From Octopus vulgaris (taxonomy: Eukaryota): DNA of 64,000 bases. Within the stretch, counting starts at the first letter, position 1. Each line of letters begins with the position of its first letter. This document shows, in pieces, positions 26,156 to 40,050 of the stretch. The stretch lies in assembly GCA_951406725.2 (NCBI GenBank), contig OX597821.1, forward strand, positions 95,914,001-95,978,000. Direction: 5' to 3'. Below the pieces are notes generated by a model. It made no database searches and was not told the DNA's origin. It saw only the letters and a list, made by a program, of their open reading frames with translations. A program made the translations under genes and the position numbers.

Positions 26156-26525
26156 GGAGACGCAATGGTTAGGGCAGCGGACTCGCGGTCGGAGGTTCGT
26201 GGTTTCGATTCCCAGACCGGGCGTTGTGTGTGTTTATTGAGCAAAAACACCTAAAACTCCACGAAGCTCCGGCAGGGGGTGGTGGCGACCCCTGTTGTAC
26301 TCTTTCGCCCCAACTTTCTCTCTCTCTTTCTTCCTGTTTCTTGTCCCCGACTTCCTACGCAACCGCTGAGCCTGGATGCGCATTCATCCATCCGTGGATG
26401 CTATCGGTGTCGGGGGTTGACCTGCTTTCTCTTCTGCGGGTCTTACAAATAGCAAAAGGACCACGTTTCGGACTTCTCCCATCTTGCGAGCTCTGGGACG
26501 AAGACCGTTCGCTCAACAGCTTAAC
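26156..26525 (+). mobile_element. SINE family A with tail type 3, in CAG/CAA-rich sequence
   Basis: tRNA head plus cttgtccccgacttcctacgcaaccgc...gaagaccgttcgctcaacagc. Confidence 0.88.
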
Positions 26526-27106
26526 AGCAACAGCAACAGCACCAGCACCAGCAAAGGTGCTTGCTCGGGCGACTACCGAATCTACTTCAAGTCACTTCTT
26601 ACAGTATTTTTTAAAAGGACGCACAAGATAATGTAATTCTAGATATATACTGTCTGAAAATATGAAGGAGAGTCATTGTTGGAATAATTTTGATTGTCTG
26701 ATATCAGAGATGACCTGAGACAAAATAAGCCAGAGGACTCTCAGAGGTAGATTTAGTATCATACTTAAGGTAAATACACCTTTGATAGGCAAGTTACTGC
26801 GGTTTTCGTACGAGATGAAATCTCTTGTGGACAATGATTTATACCGGAGGGTAACGAAAAGCCGTCCCGGCAGCAGCTAGCGAGAATACCAGATGCATTT
26901 CATACATACATGACACCTACTTTTATACATACTTACATACACATGTACATACATACATACGTCCGTACCTACATATATACATACACATACATACGCATAC
27001 ACATACATAGTGGTATCTTGAATAAATATAAAAGTAGGCAAAATATATTAAAGCTTTTGAAACTTTTTGATGTATTTTTCAGCTTAATATACAGACACAG
27101 ACACAG

Positions 27107-27163
<57 letters not shown>

Positions 27164-27189
27164 AGCATATATGCTCAAACATATATATT

Positions 27190-27410
27190 TACGGAGGGGT
27201 GCTAAAACAGTCCTGGCTTTGGGTAAAAGAAAATACAGGAGGATCAGTTAATGATGATTTTATTCAACATATTTCCCTCTCTGATTCACACACTTATGGC
27301 AGCGGTCCTTCAGTTTTTCTAAGCCCTGTAAAAGAATCCAGAAGCTTGGGCCTCCAACCAGACTTTTCGCAACACCTTTAAAGCCAGGAACTTTTCAGCA
27401 CCCCCTCGTA
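27190..27410. mobile_element. mariner-derived MITE with TA target
   Basis: tacggaggggtgctaaaacagtcctggcttt ... aaagccaggaacttttcagcaccccctcgta. Confidence 0.85.
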
Positions 27411-27671
27411 CATACCAATAACGAAAGATCTAATAGTTGTATACGGGGACAAGAAGTTGACGTTGTAAAGGAAGTCACTACATGAATATTTAAACATCTA
27501 CTGAATGCCAGATTGACAAAATTATTTTGGCTTGCCAAAGCACGGACAAATCTTGTAGACAAGAACGAAAACAATGACTTGGCAGAAAACTTTAGACCTA
27601 TTGCTTGGTTAAGCATTATGTATAAACTTTACATAAGTTCTTTTAATCAATTCTTCCAAGATACCGGCACG

Positions 27672-27922
27672 TATTGGGTTCTCAGATAAATTCGTTCGTT
27701 TTTTTTTCCTTCTTAGCACACCATCGTCTTATGTCTGTAAAGAGATAGAATTTATCTAAGTTTCATAAATGAAAGCTGTAGATGAAGAATAGCGCTACAA
27801 AAGAATATAAAACACTGCAGTAAGAATATTTTTGGTGCTAATTCAAAAAACATTGGAAAAGATTAAAATAAATGGAAAACACCCCCCACCAAACAAACGA
27901 ACGAACTTCTTCGACAACCTTA
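27672..27922. mobile_element. mariner-type MITE
   Basis: tattgggttctcagataaattcgttcgttt ... aaacgaacgaacttcttcgacaaccttat, imperfect TIRs. Confidence 0.6.
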
Positions 27923-28351
27923 TGCATCAGAGTAGTGGTTAACAATCAGGCAGGTAGAAAGAATGTGTGAATGAGCCGAAACAAATTTTAATCAACAAAG
28001 CTGAGCTGTCTGATGTGAGAAAACAATAATCCTTCTGATAGAGTGACTTCATTACTGAAAGAAAATATCGAATTTAATGTAAAACCTCTTGTATAAAACT
28101 CACAAGAGACATTAATGTAATCCATGATATCTTCACGGACGTCCTAAAGATCTGTACTAGGCTATATACAGGTCTGAAAAGCAGCTGGATTTAGAATCAA
28201 CGTTTTCAGTTTTTATAGGAATAGAATCTGGCTGAAAGAAATGGTCATATTTGTTATTTGAACGCAGGGAGAAAAAGTAAGACGCTTCCCAGACATTTAC
28301 ATCAATAGTCTTTTTACCTTCTGTGTTTCACACTGTGTACTACAAAATGTG

Positions 28352-28712
28352 TGGAGGCGCAATGGCCCAGTGGTTAGGGCAGCAGAATCGCGATCGTAGG
28401 ATCGCGGTTTCGATTCCCAGACCGGGCATTGTGAGTGTTTATTGAGCGAAAACACCTAAAGCTTCACGAGGTTCCTGCTGTACTCTTTCACCACAACTTT
28501 CTCTCACTCTTTCTTCCTGTTTCTGTTGTACCTGTATTTCAAAGGGCCGGCCTTGTCACACTCTGTGTCACGCTGAATCTCCTCGAGAACTACGTTAAGG
28601 GTACACGTGTCTGTGGAGTGCTCAGCCACTTGCACGTTAATTCCACGAGCAAGCTGTTCCGTTGATCGTATCAGCTGGGATCCTCATCGTCGTAACCGAC
28701 GGAGTGCTCCTT
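28352..28712 (+). mobile_element. SINE family A, tail 1, TSD actacaaaatgt
   Basis: Consensus match with a small internal deletion. Confidence 0.92.
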
Positions 28713-30189
28713 CTTCACTACAAAATGTATGACATATAAAAACGCTACATAGAATGATTGGTTGACTACTGAATGTTATACTAGACTTAAAACAATATGG
28801 CAGTCGGAGATTACAAGACAATATCCCACAATGTATTTGCAGTGCCAATATTACTACCAATGTTTTCGATATTTGGTTCGTCGATAGAGGAAATTTTTTT
28901 CCACAGACATTAAAATAAAAGTTTAAATCAGTCCGTGTCACTCAGACAGTATCTGCTAAACAACGGTACCAAAAAACAAATACATTAACCAAGTGCTCAA
29001 AAGTGAAGGGAAAAACACCTTATGACCATCATGGGACTCCTCAAAAGATACTCAGATCTCGATGATATTCAATGTGGAAAGCACTCCGCTTTCCAAAAAA
29101 GATTATATATGGATGTTTTTCGTGAAGTAGGGGATGATATCAACAGGAAGTGTATGTAGACTCCCTAGAACTCTTGACCGCTATAACGTTACATCCTGAA
29201 AGCTATGCTTTGGAATCCAAGAACCATAGATGACTACAAAATACATGTTGGAGAAAAAGGACAACGAAGAATTCAAACGTGCAAGATGTGATCGGAAATA
29301 TCGATTTTGTCACATTTCTGTGAAAGGTGTTACCCGTGTCACCAGAAACTGATCTCAGAATATATCATTTAGGTATAATGCGTCATGATGTTACAACGAA
29401 AATAATATACAAAGCAAAGACTCAACTGAACTAAATAGAGAAAATATATCTGTTCCCCATACATACGGTTCAGTACAAGACATATTAGAGTGGGATTTTC
29501 TCATAAAAACTTCTGCCAAATGCAAACGTTGCAAGCTTGGTATAGTTATTTGGAACAGAAAAAAATGTATGTACATTTAAAGAGATCAATTGCCTAGTAG
29601 ATATATACATTTATTTCAGAATCAATGAAAAAGAGAAATATTTACCGACAGTTACTTCAAAGCCTACTACTCAGTTTCTCATCCTAGACTGCTTATTTAC
29701 ATTTGTATCTATAATATTAGGTAACAAAGATTTATCTTACAGGAAAACAAATAGATGTTTTGTGATAATTTTGTTGTACTTATTTTAAATCTCTATTTAG
29801 AATTATTTTTCCATCAAATTCAGATTCTGTGAAATTAAATTCTTGTTGTTTTGTGCATACATTAAGATCAATACGTAGTCGCACTTGTTTTCGAAGTGAG
29901 AGGTCGGACATGTCTTAAATACTTTTTCAGATCTTGTGTGGTAAATCAGACTCTAATTAAATTCTAGTTATTTTGTATGTACACTGAGATCAATACAGAG
30001 TCTTGCTTCTTTTCACGTGACAAGGCAGACATACCACGTGAATATACTAATTACTTTTTTTCAGATCTTGTCTACTAATTCAGATTGGCATCGACTAGAT
30101 GTGTTCGTGTTATTTAACCAAACAACTTCTGTTTTGTCTATGAACAATATAGATCGGTGGAAGCAAAGAAACAGCGACAACAGAAAGGA

Positions 30190-31560
30190 TGAAACTTGAC
30201 TACAAATATTATTTTGAAGTAAGGCAGGAGCCCATGAAAGGGACCGAGATTCACATATTTGCTGTGTGCAGTGCAATGCAATAACAATAGCATGGTTGAC
30301 TTATTTTAAGAAAAACTATGCTATTCACAGTGGTCAGGATTTTGTGAGAGCTCACAAATCATTATTTTTGTGCGACATATATTTAGTTTTCACAGAGAAA
30401 AATAAATCAAAGATCAACTACCCAAACTGCCAATCAGTAAAAACCAGTTTCTACATGACAAGGAAAGCTACTGCTAGTCCCATCAACAACAATCGCAGAC
30501 AATAGTTCTTTTGATGATGCAGTTAGTAATATGGAAGCAAAGAAGGAAAACTCTTGTGCTTTAGATGTAGATAGTTCCTCTCATCTTCCTAATTAAATGA
30601 CTTGGTGAGTGATTTCAAATTAAGAAACGAAAAAAATTAGAATTACTTGGTTTCAAACTTCAAGAGTGGAATATTCTTCAGCCTAACATCATTCTTCCTT
30701 ATTTTCGCCATCGTCATTTGGTATATTCATAATTTTGTGGAGGCGCAATGGCCCAGTGGTTAGGGCAGCGAACTCGCGGTCATAGGATCGCGGTTTCGAT
30801 TCCCAGACCGGGCGTTGTGAGTGTTTATTGAGCGAAAACACCTAAAGCTCCACGAGGCTCCGGCAGGGGATGGTGGTGATCCCTGCTGTACTCTTTCACC
30901 ACAACTTTCTCTCACTCTTACTTCCTGTTTCTGTTGTACCTGTATTTCAAAGGGCCGGCCTTGTCACTCTCTGTGTCACGCTGAATATCCCCGAGAACTA
31001 CGTTAAGGGTACACGTGTCTGTGGAGTGCTCAGCCACTTACACGTTAATTTCACGAGCAGGCTGTTCCGTTGATTCGGATCAACCGGAACCCTCGTCGTC
31101 GTAACCGACGGAGTGCTTCCACTAAGATTCATAATTTTACTTACAGGAGAAAAATGATTGCTTCTGTCACGATAGTAGAGGTTTTGTGTGAGAGATTGGT
31201 TGCAACGGCGATTTTTAAGAATGGAAACTTCATTGGCTTCAATAAAGTGAATCTTAAATCTGCCTTACTGCGTCAAGCTAGTAGTCTTCAATATTTAAAG
31301 GAGAAAATACTATGAAATACAAACAGACACAAAATTAGAAGCTGGAGATTTCACTCAACCACAGATCTATTGTGTCATCTGCAACCTACCATTCCTTCGA
31401 ATCTAAATGAAACAAACCTGCGAGTCTGGACATTTCCTTTACCGAAGTTGCAAAAAAATTTTCTTAAGAATCACAGAGATGAAAACTTCAGTGAACTATG
31501 ATATAACGAAATTTTATGAAAGAATGGGACATAAGATGTCTTTTAAAAAATCGTTTTTAC
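30190..31560 (+). mobile_element. Decayed DNA transposase, Chapaev3/CMC-like
   Basis: HICCVQC...AWL, KINYPNCQS, LNDLVSDF...ELLGFKLQEWNIL...FRHRH, KVNLKSALL resemble that family as recalled; not verified by search. Confidence 0.45.
30738..31120 (+). mobile_element. SINE family A, tail 1, young copy, TSD attcataatttt
   Basis: Intact A and B boxes, ctcgcgg anticodon-like loop (TCG, Arg). Confidence 0.95.
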
Positions 31561-31662
31561 TTCTAACTTATCATTTTCCCTTTGAGGGAAACTGATTGCT
31601 TTCAGGACGACGACATTAACATGTAGGCTGAAATTTTTCTTTAGAAAGTCTCATTTTCTGAG

Positions 31663-31738
<76 letters not shown>

Positions 31739-32075
31739 CCCGAATCTACTCAAACTTAAACTATTTCACGGTTGCTCAGCCTTTCGTCAATGAGGGAGCC
31801 TTCTTGTGCTTAGTGGAACAAAACAAGAAATAGCAGATAAATCACACTCTGGTGTTTTCACGAGCAAAAAACTGGGTATCAATGTTTTTATATATCAAGA
31901 CAGAATAATTTCGGTTGAAAAGGCTTTCAAAACTGCTTCTGGGATTTCGCACTCGCTCAATAGCATCGTCAACAGTCATGTTTCGTTGCTTGAAAAAATA
32001 ACTGAAAATTATTTCAACTCCTGTGATGTCAGTCAATTTATAAAAGAAAAGAAAACACAGCAAAAGAAGCCCCTC

Positions 32076-32139
<64 letters not shown>

Positions 32140-32149
32140 GTGTGTGTGT

Positions 32150-33143
32150 GTGTGTGTGTGTATGTGTGTGTGTTTGTGTGTCTGTGTTTGTCTCCCCAAC
32201 ATCGCTTGACAACCGATGCTGGTGTGTTTGCGTCCCTGTAACTTAGCGGTTCGGCAAAAGAGACCGAAAAAATAAGTACTAGGCTCACAAAGAATAAGCC
32301 CTGGGGTCGATTTGCTCGACTAAAGGCGGTGCTCCAGCATGGCCGCAGTCAAATGACTGAAACAAGTAAAAGGATAAAAGGAAAAGGAAAGGATAAAAAG
32401 ACCTCCACCCAAAAAGCAACAACAACAAAAAGATCTCAAAAACAAAAGAAACAAATTATTAAAAAGCTTCTATAGCAGGGAATGTTAAAAATGGCTTCTG
32501 TTTTTGAAACAAGCTAGCAATTTTAAGGTAGTGGAGAGTCGATACAATCGATCCCAGTACATGACTGGTACTTCATTTTACCAACCCCGAAAGAATGAAA
32601 GGCAAAGTTGACCTGTATCAGATTTTGAGTTCAGAATGTAGCCAACCGGAAGAAATATAGCAAAGTATGCTTTCGATGCTCTACTGATTCTGTCAGCTTG
32701 ATGCCTCGCGGGCCGATCAAAATATAAACAAATCGCTAGTAAAATTGTCGGCGCAGGAGTGGCTGTGTGGTAAGTAGCTTGCTAACCAACCACATGGTTC
32801 CGGGTTCAGTCCCACTGCGTGGCATCTTGGGCAAATGTCTTCTGCTATAGCCCCGGGCCGACCAATGCCTTGTGAGTGGATTTGGTAGACGGAAACTGAA
32901 AGGAGCCTGTCGTATATGTGTATATATATGTATGTGTGTGTTTGTGTGTCTGTGTTTGTCCCTCTAGCATTGCTTCACAACCGATGCTGGTGTGTTTACG
33001 TCCCCGTCACTTAGCGGTTCGACAAAAGAGTCCGATAGAATAAGTACTGGGCTCACAAAGAACAAGTCCTGGGGTCGATTTGCTCGACTAAAGGCGGTGC
33101 TCCAGCATGGCCGCAGTCAAATGACTGAAACAAGTAAAAGAGA
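32150..33143 (+). mobile_element. SINE B 3' half (32150-32395), old SINE C on minus (~32500-32710) and full SINE B (32750-33143)
   Basis: Consensus matches. Confidence 0.9.
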
Positions 33144-33351
33144 CTAGTATGGCAGATAAACTTGTTTCAAACTGTACGCTATTGCCCTAAAGAACGAAGA
33201 ATTCACATAGTGATTTGGTACTAAAAATATATATCGTCAGAGGAAAACAGTAACAGAAACAAAACTAAAAAAGAACAAAAACAAAAAAGAAAAACCCAAA
33301 GCAAAAACGGTATATAACAGCAAAGCTTGAGCGTGGTTGACATGGGACTAA

Positions 33352-33762
33352 ACAACCACCACCACGACGACGACGACCACGACCACCACCACGACCACTA
33401 CCACGACGAACACCACCACGACCACCACCACGACCACCACCACGACCACCACGACGACCACCACCACGACGACCACCACGACGAACACCACCACGACCAC
33501 CACCACGACCACCACGACGACCACCACCATGACCACCACCACCACGACCACCACCACGACCACCACCACGACGAACACCACCACGACGACCACCATCACC
33601 ACGACCACCATCACCACGACCACCACCATCACGACCACTACCACGACCACCACGACCACCACGACCACCACCACCACGACGACGACCACCACCATCACCA
33701 CGACGACGACGACCACCACCACCACCCACACCACCACCACCACCACAACAACAACAACAACA
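33352..33762. repeat. Mixed (CAC/GAC)n trinucleotide repeat
   Basis: Direct reading. Confidence 0.95.
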
Positions 33763-34054
33763 CCAACAGTAGCTGTAGCATTAGCAGCAGCAGCTCATAT
33801 ATCACAGTGTAGCAGTGGGTCCTACATGAAATATACTGGAAATTAAAAATAGACACACAATGAAATATACAGTAATAGGCCGATCTTTATTATCACGAAT
33901 ATTATTATTAAACATTTATTGTCACCAGAATTAGGAAGGTTTCGTCTGAAAGTGATCACAATAAGCGATATTTAATGTATATAAGTTTTCAGAATTTTGT
34001 CAATACTTACTTCTGTATATATATCTCGAGTTATTCATTACACGTTCATTTCTC

Positions 34055-35107
34055 ATACATACATACATACATACATACATACATACATACATACATACAT
34101 ACATACATGCATACGTGCATACATACATGCATACATACATACATGCATACATGCATGCATGCATACATACATACAAACATACATACATACATACATACAT
34201 ACATGCATACAAACATACATACATAAATACATACATACATACATACATACATGCATGCATACATACATACATACATACATGCATGCATGCATACATACAT
34301 ACATACATACATACATACATACATACATACATGCATGCATACATACATACATACATACATACATGCATGCATGCATGCATACATACATACATACATACAC
34401 ACATACATACATGCATGCATACATACTTACATACATTCATACATGCATGCATGCATACATACATACATACATGCATGCATACATGCATACATGCATACAT
34501 ACATACATACATACATACATGCATACATACATGCATGCATACATACATACATACATGCATACATACATGCATGCATACATACATACATACATAAATACAT
34601 AAATACATACATGCATGCATGCATACATACATACATACATACATACATACATGCATGCATGCATACATACATACATACATACATACACACATACATACAT
34701 GCATGCATACATACTTACATACATTCATACATGCATGCATGCATACATACATACATACATGCATGCATACATGCATGCATGCATACATACATACATACAT
34801 ACATACATACATACATACATACATACATACATACATACATACATACATACATACATACATACATACATACATACATACATAAATACATACATACATACAT
34901 GCATGCATGCATACATACATACATACATACATACATACATGCATGCATACATACATACATACATACATACATACATGCATGCATACATACATGCATACAT
35001 ACATACATACATACATACATACATACATGCATACATACATGCATACATACATGCATACATACATACATACATACATACATACATACATCCATCCATACAT
35101 ACATACA

Positions 35108-35138
<31 letters not shown>
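34055..35138. repeat. (CATA/CATG)n microsatellite with internal block duplication
   Basis: Direct reading. Confidence 0.97.
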
Positions 35139-35140
<2 letters not shown>

Positions 35141-35505
35141 TTGATTTCTCCCACCCTCCTCTTGTCTCTTGGATTATCCAATCAACGGATTCCTTTCATC
35201 TAATCAGTTCACATCGTTTCCTCATATTTCTTTTCGTCATACGTTTTCGTCATGCTTTATATAATTTTTTTTGTGCGTCTTCTCTGTATTTTGTTTTGCT
35301 TCTGCATTCTTTGATCCCTCGAGCTGTTTCTCTGATGTTAGCCAAAATGAGTAATGATATTGATTTACGAGCCGAAGAGCTTTGATTGCAGAAAACTCAT
35401 CCTCCTCACTCTCTGTCTTCATTTCTCTATACCTCTACCTCTTCACCTCTCTCTCTATACAACGTTCATCTCTCACTCTCACTTCCCCTTCACTTTCACT
35501 CCATC

Positions 35506-35550
<45 letters not shown>

Positions 35551-35580
35551 ATATATAATATATATATATTATATAATATA

Positions 35581-35639
<59 letters not shown>

Positions 35640-35749
35640 ATATATATATGTATGTATGTATGTATATATATATGTATGTATGTATATATATATATATGTA
35701 CATACATACATACATACACGCATACATTTTTATGTATATGTCTATGCAG

Positions 35750-35780
<31 letters not shown>

Positions 35781-36261
35781 TTTTATGTACGTGGTATGTG
35801 TATATGTGTGTGTGTGAGTGAATATGTATATATGTGTGTATATATATGTATATATATGTATGTCTGGGTACACAAATTCGAGAAAGAGTAATCAATACTA
35901 GCAGTGGGGTTTATCTATTTGTCATACACACACACACACGCAGACACACGCACACAGCGTGTGCTTGTTTATGTGAGCGTGCATATATTTATACACACAT
36001 GCACACACACACACACATACACACACACACGCGCGCAGAGACAAACATACTTTCGTTGCTAATACTGTTTCAGCTTCAAATAAACGAATAAACTTAACTA
36101 AATGTATTGGGGCCTTATTTGCCCATCCAAATGCATACATACATACATACATACGTGCATGCATACACACGTACACACATAGATATATACATACATATAT
36201 ATAGATATGTATATATGTATATTTGTATATATATATATGTGTATATATATGTATATATATA

Positions 36262-36511
36262 ACGGGAAGCTTTATGAAAATAGACAAAAGACGAAGGCAG
36301 GTTTACGGAAATAAACAAAATGTATATATATATTTTTTTTTTCCTCTGTCTTCCCTTCTCTGGATCTTTCCTTCTCCTATGTTTCCGACGAAGAGCTCCG
36401 CTCGAAACGTTAAACCCTCCTTCTTTCCTTCTTTCCTGAGCGTCCAATAATACTATATTTGTTCCACGTCCTCGCGTTGTTGAGTTTTATTGTGCTTTCT
36501 TGTTTGGATTA

Positions 36512-36518
<7 letters not shown>
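36262..36518 (+). mobile_element. (TA)n-flanked Penelope-type terminal-repeat fragments with a minimal hammerhead-like motif (36381-36415)
   Basis: gttt-CCGACGA-a-gagc-tcc-gctc-GAAAC-GTT-aaac. Confidence 0.65.
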
Positions 36519-36582
<64 letters not shown>

Positions 36583-37279
36583 ATATGTGTATATATATGT
36601 GTATATATGTATATGTGCATATATGTATACAGACACACATAATATATATATGAAACTGTTTGATCGTCTTTGCTTTAGCCTGTGTGCCTTAGTCCATTGT
36701 TTCTGTTTTCTGAGAACGAAATAGATTTTTTTTCTTTTTGATATTAGTAATAATAAAGTTGGGTGGATGTGCAGCCTCGGAAGAGTGGCGGACTAAATGC
36801 CTTTCAATTATTTAATAGCATATCTTTATGATATTTCTTCAAATTCCATCAAAGTAGAGATAACTTTCCACCTCTTTGGGGTCTGCAAAATAAGATGCTA
36901 GTCAAGAACAGTAATTAGTGCCGTCTAAATGCCTCGGCACACTTGACAGTTGTCCAGGTGTCTCACGAGTCTAAGGGTCCAATCCTTATCTATATATGAC
37001 GTGACTTGCTATCAAGAAATAAAAAAAAACTATAGAGGCTGGTGCTCTGATTTGCCTGAAGGCATATATTGCTGCTAAAACGGCTGTGATTATGATCAGA
37101 TTAGTCTACTCCATTTCTTCCAAAATTTGTGATCTTTTGATCAAGGTAGAAATCAATATTTATTCAGGTATACCTATTTGTTTTTGTTTGTTTTCGCTGA
37201 GTGTTCTTTGATCACTCGAGCCGTTCTGTTAGACTATACAAAACATGTAATGATATTGAGTTAGGAACTGACACCTTGA

Positions 37280-38080
37280 CAACTGATGTGTTTTGTGCAT
37301 TGAAACTGATCGAGCTATTCTAGGAAACAGGGAAGATATTGTGGCGAAAGATCATATTGACAAAAATGTTGCTCATAGATATGTCAATATCAGCAGACAG
37401 GCTCTCTCTTTACTCTTTTACTCTTTTACTTGTTTCAGTCACTTGACTGCGGCCATGCTGGAGCACCGCCTTTAGTCGAGCAAATCGACCCCAGGACTTA
37501 TTCTTGGTAAGTCCAGTACTTATTCTATCGGTCTCTTTTGCCGAACCGCTAAGTTACGGGGACATAAACACACTAGCATCGGTTGTCAAACAATGCTAGG
37601 GGGACAAACACAGACACAAACATATACACACACACACACACACACATATATATAAATACGACAGGCTTCTTTCAGCTTCCGTCTACCAAATCCACTCACA
37701 AGGCATTGGTCAGCCCGGGGCTATAGCAGAAGACACTTGCCCAAGATGCCACGCAGTGGGACTGAACCCGGCACCATGTGGTTGGTAAACAAGCTACTTA
37801 CCACACAGCCACTCCTGCACCTATAGGAGGTGCAGGAGTGCGAACACATTTCTGAAAACATTTGAGAAATTAAGTTAATAAAGGGACCTTGAAATAGAAG
37901 TGTTAAAATATGGCATTTAAGAACGACAGTTGTACACGTGACTATCGGAGTTTTGGAATAATATCAAATGGTACTCTTAAACACTATGGTGAAATACCAG
38001 AAAAGCCCAAAATATCAGCACTACAAGAAATTGTTCACGTGGGTGCTGTTTATATGGTAAGAAAAATACTGCCAACCTGA
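37280..38080 (+). mobile_element. R4/Dong endonuclease 3' end split by SINE B (37407-37822, minus)
   Basis: ETDRAILGNREDIVAKDH...DLEIEV...WHLRTTVVHVTIG...LQEIV. Confidence 0.75.
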
Positions 38081-38149
38081 TAATAACTGAATCTTTTTAA
38101 ACTTGTGCAAAGTTGCAAATACTACAAAAAAACTTTCTGCGAAAACTTA

Positions 38150-38990
38150 ATTCTCATTAATAGTTCTCCTTTGTTTGAAACAAATATTCTCTCAGCCGCC
38201 AAGTGTAGCCTTTAGACGCAATAAAAATATAAGAGGAATATTAACTACTACCTCTAACTTCAAGAAAACCACCATTGGAATTTCTGAACGCTGCATCTTG
38301 AAAAACAGCTGCAAGAGCGGTAAGCCCTTTTCATTGTGCAACAACATGAGTCAAACCAATTCCATCACAAATCATAACAGAAATGTTATGATTTATACGG
38401 AAGGTGGGACGTGTAAAGATTCCCATTTGCTGTATGCAGCAGAATGCACCAAAGGCAACTGAGTTTATGTTGGTTGTACAACAGAACAATTAAATGAAAG
38501 ATTCAGTGGCACAGGTATGACGTCATGTATTGTACATGTATTTCATCTTTTTTTTTCTTCGCAAATGTAAATAAACCCAATCTGTTTCTTAAAGGAGGGA
38601 CATATTCATACAGCACGGAACGTTGTTTACCTAAATGGAGGTCAGCGATTGGTTAAAATTGCCGAAATGCTCGATTTTAAAGTGGAAATATCTTACAAAC
38701 TATAAAATTTTCTCAATAAAGCCAAGAAAAAATGATGTTTTATTTTGACACATTCTACCAGTATACGAAGTTTAAAAGTGTTTAGTTAACAAGAAATTGT
38801 GTTGACATATGTCGTTCAAAAGGAAAAGATCCGATATTCTGAATCTACTACACATTCAGTCCTCAAAATGCACGAGGACAAATATATTTGTAAATTACTA
38901 ACATCACACCTTGAAGGAATGGCTAAAATGAGCGGTGAATTTCATCACATTTACTCAAAACTGTTTGACTAAATATTCTTTTTCCTTTGT
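38150..38990 (+). mobile_element. Penelope-like element, GIY-YIG endonuclease relic
   Basis: IFSQPPSVAFRRNKNIRGIL...TCKDSHLLYAAEC...VYVGCT...LNERFSG...EDKYICKL; split by the MITE at 38545-38832. Confidence 0.85.
38545..38832 (-). mobile_element. Partial copy of the 8451-8890 MITE family
   Basis: Ends gttcaaaaggaaaagatcc; body is the reverse complement of ~8451-8735. Confidence 0.85.
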
Positions 38991-39481
38991 TCTTTTCCCC
39001 TTTTTCTTTTTTCGTTATTTCTTTTTCCTTTTACTAGTTACAAAATTTAAAACCGATGATGTCGCTTGATAACCGATGCTGGTGTGTTTACGTTCCTGTA
39101 ACTTAGCAGTTCGGCAAAAGAAACCGATAGAATAAGTACTAGACTTACAAAGAATAAGTTCTGGGGTCGATTTGCTCGACTAAAGGTGGTGCTTCAGCAT
39201 GGCCACAGTCAAATGACTAAAACAAGTAAAAGAGTGTACACACAAATGCATACATACGCACATACTTGCATTCATTCATGCATAAATTGAAGCATACATG
39301 CATACATATATACATCCGTGCATATGTACATGCATACACGTACACATATATACGTGCATGTATACATACTTACATGTACACATATATGTATACACGCTTT
39401 GCTTTTATATACAGACGAATCAGCACTACCATTTTTTGGCATTCAATTTCTACCACCAGTACGATGACCGCAGCGGCGGCG

Positions 39482-39498
39482 ATCATCATCGTCATCAT

Positions 39499-39530
<32 letters not shown>

Positions 39531-39589
39531 CCATCATCATCATCGTCGTCGTCGTCGTCGTCGTCATCATCGTCTTCATCATCATCATT

Positions 39590-39621
<32 letters not shown>

Positions 39622-39626
39622 CATCA

Positions 39627-39662
<36 letters not shown>

Positions 39663-39775
39663 TCATCGTCTTCATCATCATCATCATCATCATCATCACC
39701 ACCACCATCATCATCATCATCATCATCATCATCGTCGTCGTCGTCGTCGTCATCATCGTCTTCATCATCATCATT

Positions 39776-39807
<32 letters not shown>

Positions 39808-39935
39808 CGTCGTCGTCGTCGTCGTCGTCGTCATCATCATCGTCTTCATCATCATCATCATCATCATCACCACCATCATCCTCATCATCATCATCATCGT
39901 CGTCGTCGTCGTCGTCGTCGTCGTCATCATCATCG

Positions 39936-39995
<60 letters not shown>

Positions 39996-40050
39996 ACAAC
40001 AACAACAACAGCAACAACAATAACAACAACAAAAGCAATAACAACAACAC
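39482..40050. repeat. (CAT/CGT)n compound trinucleotide repeat with ~100-130 bp higher-order period
   Basis: Recurrent marker catcgtcttcatc. Confidence 0.95.

Larger units (their letters stand above)
27430..29740 (+). mobile_element. Highly decayed R4/Dong-clade LINE with nested MITE and SINE
   Basis: AENFRPIAWLSIMYKL (~27580-27630); RHDV...EWDFLIKTSAKCK (~29380-29530); intervening sequence only weakly assignable. Confidence 0.55.

Noticed and set aside
30738-30810. tRNA-Arg gene
   Set aside because: tRNA-like head of a multicopy SINE; continues into SINE body with a TSD and no proper acceptor stem or terminator
33265-33846. His/Asp-rich, Gly/Arg-rich or Thr-rich protein (also 39266-40153)
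   Set aside because: Trinucleotide repeats open on both strands with no splice or codon evidence
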